This document shows, one piece after another, positions 24,295 to 30,278 of a stretch of DNA of 64,000 bases. The DNA is from a virus, in IMG/VR virus record IMGVR_UViG_3300028742_000001; one strand, 5' to 3'. A program made the translations under genes and the position numbers. The notes beneath the pieces were generated by a model. That model was not told the origin of the DNA. It was given only the letters and a program-made list of their open reading frames with translations, and ran no database searches. The first letter of the stretch is position 1, and each line of letters begins with the position of its first letter.

Positions 24295-25050
24295 ATGGAC
24301 TATAGTGTTAGGCGCATAGACAAAAAAACTGCCAACAAGATCGTGAGTGCTAAACATTACTCACATAGGTTGGGAATTTTCTGGGAAGGCTTTGGACTAT
24401 ACGCGCCTAATTTAATAGGTGTAGTCTGTTATGGACAACCTTCTGCTCCCATACAGAAGCATGCATTTAAAAATAGAGATTTTAGGTTATATGAGCTTAC
24501 TAGACTTGTAGTAGATTCTGGTACAAAAAATGGTGCAAGCTACCTAATATCCCATAGTTTACAAATGCTTACACAACAGCCATCTGCTGTAATAAGTTAT
24601 GCAGATTCCGCGCAAGGACATGCTGGAATTGTGTACCAAGCTACTAATTGGAAGTATACCGGGGCTGTAAAGGCTCATGACTCTTTCTATAAGGTTGGCG
24701 AGGAGGTACTCCACCCTATGACAGTTAGAGATCGCTTCGGTATAAATGATCCCTCAAGGTGGGCTAAAGAAAACGGCATTGAGGTTGTTAAACCTCAGCC
24801 AAAGCATAGATATTTTTACTTTGTTGGTAAAAAACAAGAGCAGAAAAGAATGAGATCATTACTGTCCTATCCAATCATAGATACTTATCCTAAACTGGAT
24901 AAAAAGACTTACGATGATGGGTCTTCTTGTATGAGCTATATGGAGCAATCAGATGAGCGAAGCACTGGCAGCACTGAAGTCAGCAGTGAAGACACCACAA
25001 GTCCCTTCGACGGGGAAATCGACGGGCAGTACATCGGCGACTTCAACTAA
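24295..25050 (+). CDS. GNAT-fold Mom/XF1762-like candidate DNA-modification protein (AT-rich insert)
   Basis: KHYSHRL...YELTRLVV...NGASYLIS...VISYADSAQGHAGIVYQATNWKYTG matches my recollection of the Mom-like family signature. Composition is visibly AT-richer than both flanks. Confidence 0.55.
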   Translation: MDYSVRRIDKKTANKIVSAKHYSHRLGIFWEGFGLYAPNLIGVVCYGQPSAPIQKHAFKNRDFRLYELTRLVVDSGTKNGASYLISHSLQMLTQQPSAVISYADSAQGHAGIVYQATNWKYTGAVKAHDSFYKVGEEVLHPMTVRDRFGINDPSRWAKENGIEVVKPQPKHRYFYFVGKKQEQKRMRSLLSYPIIDTYPKLDKKTYDDGSSCMSYMEQSDERSTGSTEVSSEDTTSPFDGEIDGQYIGDFN

Positions 25051-26143
25051 CGTAATAGTCAACACACAGCTCGCCGTTCAGAGCACTACATCCAAGGCCG
25101 ACAAGCTGAAGCAGCTCAAGACGGTGGCGGCGGCACTAAACGCGCAGTTCAAAACAACCAACAGTATCGTACGGCTCAAAGACCATGTAGGTCTGCCTAT
25201 GCCCTCAATTCCGACTGGCATTGCGACCTTAGACCTTGACGCCATCGGCGTCGGAGGATTCCCTCGCGGTCGCATCATCGAGCTATTCGGTCCTGAGTCA
25301 GGTGGGAAGACTACCTTAGCGTTGGAGACGGTAGCCGAGGAGCAGCGGACTGGAGCTCTGTGCGCCTATGTGGACGCAGAGCACGCGCTGGACCCGAACT
25401 ACATGGAAGCCCTGGGCGTCAACGTCGAGGAGCTGGTTATCAGTCAACCTGATAGCGGCGAGCAGGCCCTTGAGACCGTAGAGGCGCTGGTAGAATCCGG
25501 TACTGTTACCCTCATTGTAGTCGACTCCGTAGCCGCCCTGGTCCCGCAGGCCGAACTAGACGGGGATATGGGCGACTCCCACATGGGCTTGCAGGCCCGT
25601 ATGATGTCCCAGGCGATGCGAAAGCTTCGTGGGAAATGCTCTCTGCACGGTGTAACTGTCATATTTATCAACCAGATAAGGGAGAAGATTGGCGTGATGT
25701 ACGGTAACCCAGAGACGACGCCGGGCGGTCGCGCACTGAAGTTCTACGCATCGGTACGTATCGACGTTCGTCGTGGTCTCAGCGAGACGACTGACGGGGC
25801 CAAGAGTCCTCTCATCAAGGTCGGTGATACAATCATCGGACACCGTATGAGGCTCAAGATCGTCAAGAACAAAGTAGGCGCACCCGCTAAAGAGACCACC
25901 GTGGACCTGATCTACGGTAAGGGTATCGACCGGCGTACTGACTTCATTACCTTCGCAAAGGACATCGGCGCAATCGAGCAGGCTGGCGCGTGGTTCAAGT
26001 TCGAGGGTGAGAACATAGGTCAGGGCTTCCTGAAGGCTATCGACGCCGTCAAGGACAACCCTGCACTTGAACAGAAGATCAGGTTCAAGGTAGCTGAGCT
26101 TCTGGCCGCACGTAGGAAGAAGGTTCAAGAGGCACTGAAATAG
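24953..26143 (+). CDS. recA: RecA recombinase
   Basis: GFPRGRIIELFGPESGGKTTLAL (Walker A), LIVVDSVAAL (Walker B), FINQIREKIGVMYGNPETTPGGRALKFYASVRIDV. The only ATG gives a roughly 45-aa N-terminal extension and a 98-nt overlap with 24295..25050. Confidence 0.95.
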   Translation: MSEALAALKSAVKTPQVPSTGKSTGSTSATSTNVIVNTQLAVQSTTSKADKLKQLKTVAAALNAQFKTTNSIVRLKDHVGLPMPSIPTGIATLDLDAIGVGGFPRGRIIELFGPESGGKTTLALETVAEEQRTGALCAYVDAEHALDPNYMEALGVNVEELVISQPDSGEQALETVEALVESGTVTLIVVDSVAALVPQAELDGDMGDSHMGLQARMMSQAMRKLRGKCSLHGVTVIFINQIREKIGVMYGNPETTPGGRALKFYASVRIDVRRGLSETTDGAKSPLIKVGDTIIGHRMRLKIVKNKVGAPAKETTVDLIYGKGIDRRTDFITFAKDIGAIEQAGAWFKFEGENIGQGFLKAIDAVKDNPALEQKIRFKVAELLAARRKKVQEALK

Positions 26144-26166
26144 ATCAAAAAGGCAACAAATAAACC

Positions 26167-26195
26167 TTGACAGCCTACCGGAATAGTGGTAGGCT
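26167..26195 (+). promoter_or_regulatory. Sigma70-type promoter TTGACA-N17-TAGGCT with embedded 7-bp inverted repeat
   Basis: Exact -35 and 17-nt spacer. The spacer contains GCCTACC-ggaatagt-GGTAGGC. The -10 ends 6 nt before ATG26202. Confidence 0.65.
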
Positions 26196-26201
26196 GTATT
26201 T

Positions 26202-26369
26202 ATGCCAGATGACATTCATTACCCCACAGTACCGCCGCGTAGTGAGTGGCAGGACTATCATAACTTTAGCACCTATAAGATCCGCAACATTCCTTTCCGA
26301 TTCCATGGAACGCCCGAACAGGTTCACCGTCAGGCAAAGGAAACCTTATCTAAGGAGAAGAAGGCATGA
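26202..26369 (+). CDS. Small hypothetical protein (55 aa), not in the ORF track; probably leaderless
   Basis: MPDDIHYPTVPPRSEWQDYHNFSTYKIRNIPFRFHGTPEQVHRQAKETLSKEKKA. ATGA overlap with 26366..26569. Confidence 0.55.
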   Translation: MPDDIHYPTVPPRSEWQDYHNFSTYKIRNIPFRFHGTPEQVHRQAKETLSKEKKA

Positions 26370-26569
26370 GATACGTAGTCGAACCAATAACCCGATCCGA
26401 CATGATCGTCTTCCTCGTCCGCGATACGGAGCAGAGATTTGTCCTGAAGGCCGACATGGATCTTCGCACAGCCAACGTCTTAGCCGGTATCATGAACACA
26501 CCTGGACCAGCTATCACTATCCAGGGCGGAAAAGTTATATTCAAAGATAGACTGGAGGCAGGTAAATGA
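26366..26569 (+). CDS. Small hypothetical protein (67 aa)
   Basis: AAGGAGAAG SD. ATGA overlaps on both sides. Confidence 0.65.
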   Translation: MRYVVEPITRSDMIVFLVRDTEQRFVLKADMDLRTANVLAGIMNTPGPAITIQGGKVIFKDRLEAGK

Positions 26570-27219
26570 TTGTCGAATTAGTGTATATTTTTATCCTTTT
26601 TATCCTTATGGCTATTCCAGCCATCATTGCCCTGAACCTTCTCGCCAAAGAGCATGGCCTCGGTATCTTTGAGTTCACGATGACTGAGCTATTCCCTTAC
26701 GTCGACATCGAGCGCGACGATGAGCCGGGCGTGATCTATCTGCGCCGGTTCCTTATCTACCCGCGCGACAAGGACTTCGGTAAGAACAAAGGGAAGGGTC
26801 GCATTTACCTTCACAAGTTCTATTTAGGAGATAGCGATCCTCACCTCCACGATCATCCGTGGCGATACACTAGCCTGATCCTTACGCGCGGCTATTGGGA
26901 AGAAACGCCGTATGATCCAACTATCACCCCAGCTACGGCTTGGACTAAGGGCGATGATCCTTACATGATGTACGACCACGGTGTCGGCGAATTGCGTATT
27001 CGCAAGTTCTATCGCCGCTTAAGCGTCCTACGGCGACCAGCAGTCTGGAGGCACCGCGTCATTCTTAAAGACAAGACGCCCGTCTGGACAATTGTTCGTA
27101 CAGGTGTAAAAGAACGGTCATGGGGCTTTTGGCTACTTGACAAATTCTGTCCCTGGCGTCAATATAACAATGGAGTCTGTTATTGCACTCCAGAAGAGAA
27201 AACTACAACGCAACTCTAA
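26566..27219 (+). CDS. Membrane-anchored protein with His-rich HLHDHPW motif
   Basis: N-terminal TM helix LVYIFILFILMAIPAIIALNLLA. GDSDPHLHDHPWRYTSLIL. No family recognised. Confidence 0.7.
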   Translation: MIVELVYIFILFILMAIPAIIALNLLAKEHGLGIFEFTMTELFPYVDIERDDEPGVIYLRRFLIYPRDKDFGKNKGKGRIYLHKFYLGDSDPHLHDHPWRYTSLILTRGYWEETPYDPTITPATAWTKGDDPYMMYDHGVGELRIRKFYRRLSVLRRPAVWRHRVILKDKTPVWTIVRTGVKERSWGFWLLDKFCPWRQYNNGVCYCTPEEKTTTQL

Positions 27220-27235
27220 CCAGAAAGAAGACTCC

Positions 27236-27505
27236 GTGGCTCAGAGCAAATACAATTCGAAGGCGTCAAAGCGTAGCAACAAACCTGTCCGCAAGGTCGT
27301 AGCACCTGGGAAGCCGGTGTTCAACTACACGAGTGTCTGCTGTGGCGTGGCTGCACTGAAGAAGCCTCTCCTCGTGGACTACGATAAAGAGTTCAAGGAT
27401 CGCGAAGGGCACCTTGGCTCATGGCGCTGCTCGAACTGCAAGAAGAAAGCCAAGGTCACTCGGACCAAGGTAAAGGCTGAGGAGCCTGTAGAGGTGGCTG
27501 CGTGA
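27236..27505 (+). CDS. Basic small protein with Cys pairs; start uncertain
   Basis: SVCCG ... WRCSNCKKK. Start is GTG27236 or ATG27170. Confidence 0.5.
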   Translation: MAQSKYNSKASKRSNKPVRKVVAPGKPVFNYTSVCCGVAALKKPLLVDYDKEFKDREGHLGSWRCSNCKKKAKVTRTKVKAEEPVEVAA

Positions 27506-27507
27506 AC

Positions 27508-27654
27508 ATGACGATCCCGCCTAAGCTTTGGATGCCTATATTTCTAGTGGCCTCTGATGTAGTGGCGTCAATCGTGTACGGATGCTATCGAGACTGGCGG
27601 CACTGCATTTACTGGGGTGCCGCAGCAGTCCTTACCTCCGCCGCGAGCTTTTGA
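27508..27654 (+). CDS. 48-aa membrane protein (holin candidate), not in the ORF track
   Basis: MTIPPKLWMPIFLVASDVVASIVYGCYRDWRHCIYWGAAAVLTSAASF. Lies just upstream of the lysozyme gene. Confidence 0.45.
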   Translation: MTIPPKLWMPIFLVASDVVASIVYGCYRDWRHCIYWGAAAVLTSAASF

Positions 27655-27655
27655 A

Positions 27656-27676
27656 GTATTAAATACGTATTAAATA
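27656..27676. repeat. Direct repeat GTATTAAATA x2 with 11-nt period
   Basis: Copies at 27656-27665 and 27667-27676, immediately before the lysozyme SD. Confidence 0.8.
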
Positions 27677-27686
27677 AGGATAATTT

Positions 27687-28130
27687 ATGCCACAAAATCC
27701 GTGGATGGTCTATAGCGACACAGGACTATCCCTAACAGAACGAGCTGAGGCACTTAGACTCGTAGCCTACCCCGACCAGGGGTATGTCTACACGATTGGC
27801 TACGGTCACACGCTGGGCGTTTACAAAGGGATGGTTATTACGGCTGAGCAAGCAGTAGACTATCTCCGCATGGACATAGCTCACGCAGTAGCTACCGTCA
27901 ACACGTACGTCAACGTACCGATTACGCAGAACCAGTTCGATTCGCTGGTCGACTTCACCTTCAACGTCGGTGCTCACGCTTTCGTAACGTCGTCACTACT
28001 TGCCGCCGTCAACGCGCGTAATTTTACTATGGCAGAAGAGCAGTTTAGCCGTTGGGTATTCGTCAAGGGAACGGTAAATGCCGGTCTTCAGAATCGTCGC
28101 AACGCAGAGATCAAAGAGTTCGAGGGATAA
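27687..28130 (+). CDS. Phage lysozyme (GH24, T4/lambda-R type)
   Basis: LTERAEALRLVAYPDQGYVYTIGYGHT (catalytic Glu / Asp / Thr context), FDSLVDFTFNVG, RRNAE. Confidence 0.9.
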   Translation: MPQNPWMVYSDTGLSLTERAEALRLVAYPDQGYVYTIGYGHTLGVYKGMVITAEQAVDYLRMDIAHAVATVNTYVNVPITQNQFDSLVDFTFNVGAHAFVTSSLLAAVNARNFTMAEEQFSRWVFVKGTVNAGLQNRRNAEIKEFEG

Positions 28131-28131
28131 C

Positions 28132-28302
28132 ATGCCAGCCATAGAGAGAAGCGTAACAGTACGCTATGACGACGGGCGGGATGAGTTCATCTTGAACACG
28201 CAGTTTCACATCGAAGGCGAGTACGAGATCGAGGCAAGCGGGTCCACGTTGACCGAGGCCTTCGAGACGTTGGCGCAGTACATTGCAGACCGAGGATTGT
28301 AA
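28132..28302 (+). CDS. Small hypothetical protein (56 aa)
   Basis: ATG28132 lies 2 nt after the lysozyme stop. Confidence 0.55.
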   Translation: MPAIERSVTVRYDDGRDEFILNTQFHIEGEYEIEASGSTLTEAFETLAQYIADRGL

Positions 28303-28644
28303 ATGACACTGAATGAGTATCAGGAACTAGCAGGAGCAACTGCCGACTATCCAGATATGGGTGGTAACCTCTTATATCCAGCCATCGGCTGCGGAGAGGA
28401 AGCTGGAGAAATCTTAGGCAAGGTAAAAAAACTTTGGCGCAATCTCGGCATCACGTCCGGCAGTCTTCTCTCTCAGGATCAGAAAGATGCCATCGAGAAA
28501 GAGATCGGCGATAATCTTTGGTATTTACAGCAGATGTGTACAGAGCTGGGCATAACACTGGAGCACGCTGCCCAGACGAACATAGACAAACTCTATGACC
28601 GCAAGGCACGCGGTGTCATCAAGAGTGAGGGAGACAATAGATGA
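28303..28644 (+). CDS. mazG: MazG-like nucleoside triphosphate pyrophosphohydrolase
   Basis: LNEYQELA...GEEAGEILGKVKK...EIGDNLWYLQQMCTELGITLE..NIDKL. Confidence 0.85.
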   Translation: MTLNEYQELAGATADYPDMGGNLLYPAIGCGEEAGEILGKVKKLWRNLGITSGSLLSQDQKDAIEKEIGDNLWYLQQMCTELGITLEHAAQTNIDKLYDRKARGVIKSEGDNR

Positions 28645-28802
28645 GCCAATACGTCGTAACGCTGCACGTTGACACCGACTCCCTCATGATGGAAGAGCAC
28701 AACGAGGAATCTGTACGCATCCTAATCGAAGAGGCTTTGGAGTACGGCCTGGATGCCGGTACGCGAGTAGACAACGTAAGGAAGCGAAGACCAAATGACT
28801 AG
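28641..28802 (+). CDS. Small acidic protein (53 aa), not in the ORF track
   Basis: ATGA overlap with mazG. MSQYVVTLHVDTDSLMMEEHNEESVRILIEEALEYGLDAGTRVDNVRKRRPND. Confidence 0.45.
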   Translation: MSQYVVTLHVDTDSLMMEEHNEESVRILIEEALEYGLDAGTRVDNVRKRRPND

Positions 28803-29502
28803 CCTACGAGTAGTGATGACGAGTGACACCCATGAGAAGCACCGGCAGCTCATCGTACCTGACGGTGACATCTTCATCCACTCGGGAGACTTCAGCGAGG
28901 GCTCTGATAAGAACACCGTCAAGTCTGTGCAGGACTTCAACGCATGGCTAGGCGAGCTGCCACACAAGCACAAGATTATCGTCGCTGGAAATCATGACTT
29001 CCTATTTCAGAATCTTCCTGTCGAGGCGGAGAGTCTGCTGACCAACGCAACGTACTTAAGAGATATGCCGGTCGTCGTCGAAGGGCTGAAGATTTACGGC
29101 TCTCCTTGGCAACCTGAGTTCGGAGGCTGGGCGTTCAACCTTCCCAGGGACGGCGACGAGCTGCGTCAGATCTGGAGCGAAATTCCTGACGACACTGACA
29201 TCTTGGTAACGCACGGTCCTCCGTACGGTATACGGGACTGGGTGGGACGGCTTGGAGGCGGTGTGGAGCGCGTGGGGGATAAGCTTCTCCTTGAACGCGT
29301 CCAGCAGATCAAGCCTTTGATCCATGTATTCGGTCATATCCACGCTGGGGCAGGCTACGAGACGGCCAAGTACGGAACGGTCTTCGTAAACGCAGCAGCC
29401 TGCAATGAACAGTACAGGATCAAGCACGATCCCACAGTGATCCATCTACGGAAGAACGATGGGCCTGGTGGAGACGGTAAGATGTATGGAGCATCGGTAT
29501 AG
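28795..29502 (+). CDS. Calcineurin-like metallophosphoesterase
   Basis: SDTHEKH, HSGDF, AGNHD, THGPP, GHIHAG: all five MPE motifs. Confidence 0.85.
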   Translation: MTSLRVVMTSDTHEKHRQLIVPDGDIFIHSGDFSEGSDKNTVKSVQDFNAWLGELPHKHKIIVAGNHDFLFQNLPVEAESLLTNATYLRDMPVVVEGLKIYGSPWQPEFGGWAFNLPRDGDELRQIWSEIPDDTDILVTHGPPYGIRDWVGRLGGGVERVGDKLLLERVQQIKPLIHVFGHIHAGAGYETAKYGTVFVNAAACNEQYRIKHDPTVIHLRKNDGPGGDGKMYGASV

Positions 29503-29517
29503 TGACAGTCATAACGG

Positions 29518-29548
29518 GAAGCCATGGGCTCAAACCTCTGGCTTTTTG
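29518..29548 (+). terminator. Weak rho-independent terminator
   Basis: GAAGCCA ... TGGCTTT stem followed by TTTTGTG. Confidence 0.45.
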
Positions 29549-29575
29549 TGCATTATAGTTCCCTTTACAAAAGAC

Positions 29576-29604
29576 TTGACAAAATGGTTCCATCATGAAA
29601 TGAT
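29576..29604 (+). promoter_or_regulatory. Sigma70-type promoter TTGACA-N17-AATGAT
   Basis: Exact -35 and 17-nt spacer. The -10 ends 6 nt before ATG29611. Confidence 0.55.
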
Positions 29605-29610
29605 ACTGAC

Positions 29611-29802
29611 ATGACTAAGAAGCTACTACCTCTCGCCGACTTCCTCAAGCTCAACTACATCAAAGGAGAATGGAAAACATCCACCTTCAAAGACGTGTAC
29701 AATGGTGTACTTACTACCGTTCTTTTATGTCCACGTTGCGGGGCGGTAGTAGGTGGTGATCCGGCAGTACACTACAACTGGCACAAGGAGACTGGCCGAT
29801 GA
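29611..29802 (+). CDS. Small CxxC protein (63 aa); probably leaderless
   Basis: LLCPRCGAVVGG. No SD possible given the promoter spacing. Confidence 0.55.
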   Translation: MTKKLLPLADFLKLNYIKGEWKTSTFKDVYNGVLTTVLLCPRCGAVVGGDPAVHYNWHKETGR

Positions 29803-29969
29803 ATTTCGAGACTTGGTTTATGTCGGCTTTAGGACATACTAAGGGCTTACTAAAGCCTGAAGAGTTCTGGCAGTTCAAGTACGCGTGCCACCTAGCATGG
29901 AACGCCGGTATACGCTCCGCTGAAGTGTCATTATTTACCGACTGTAGGCCAGGGATAGATGGTCAATGA
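29799..29969 (+). CDS. Small hypothetical protein (56 aa), not in the ORF track
   Basis: ATGA overlap with 29611..29802. MNFETWFMSALGHTKGLLKPEEFWQFKYACHLAWNAGIRSAEVSLFTDCRPGIDGQ. Confidence 0.45.
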   Translation: MNFETWFMSALGHTKGLLKPEEFWQFKYACHLAWNAGIRSAEVSLFTDCRPGIDGQ

Positions 29970-29991
29970 GAGCTAAATAGACAAAAAAATA

Positions 29992-30027
29992 GCCCCTCTC
30001 GATTATTAGTCGGAGGGGCGTTTGTTT
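29992..30027. terminator. Bidirectional terminator at the convergence point of the two arms
   Basis: A-run, CCCCTC-tcgattattagtcg-GAGGGG stem, then GTTTGTTTG. Confidence 0.7.
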
Positions 30028-30254
30028 GCTCTAATTTTCATGACTGCGGACATTGCAGCCTTCATTTCTTCGTAGGTTAAAAAGTCCCTTCTGAATATGT
30101 TGCACCAAGAGCAGCACACTACGCAGTTATCTTTGCTATAACCTTTAGATCCATCTTTGCGATCCAGATAGTATGCTCGCGACACGTATTCTCCATTGAC
30201 TGTCCCGTAAGGTTGCCAGTCTATAGGCGTCCATCCGTCTTTCGAGGGATGGAC
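30006..30254 (-). pseudogene. 5'-truncated HNH homing-endonuclease remnant downstream of the RNR gene
   Basis: An 82-codon open frame with no usable start: ..GWTPIDWQPYGTVNGEYVSRAYYLDRKDGSKGYSKDNCVVCCSWCNIFRRDF.. It aligns with the C-terminal half of 14096..14608 (PINWIEYNGGGRYNLDRMDSSLGYSKDNVVVCCPRCNLAKAN). The CxxC/His N-terminal part is missing. Confidence 0.6.
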
Positions 30255-30278
30255 TCACACCTGATCGCATCTTCTAGT

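Noticed and set aside
26167-26550. Track ORF of 127 aa after recA.
   Set aside because: It would start inside the promoter -35 and has an Arg/Ser/Thr-rich odd composition. The region is better explained by the coupled pair 26202..26369 and 26366..26569.
27137-27165. TTGACA-N17-CAATAT inside 26566..27219 as a promoter for a leaderless ATG27170.
   Set aside because: The -10 is poor, and the ATG begins only 4-5 nt after it, too close for the usual TSS distance. It is kept only as an alternative start note.
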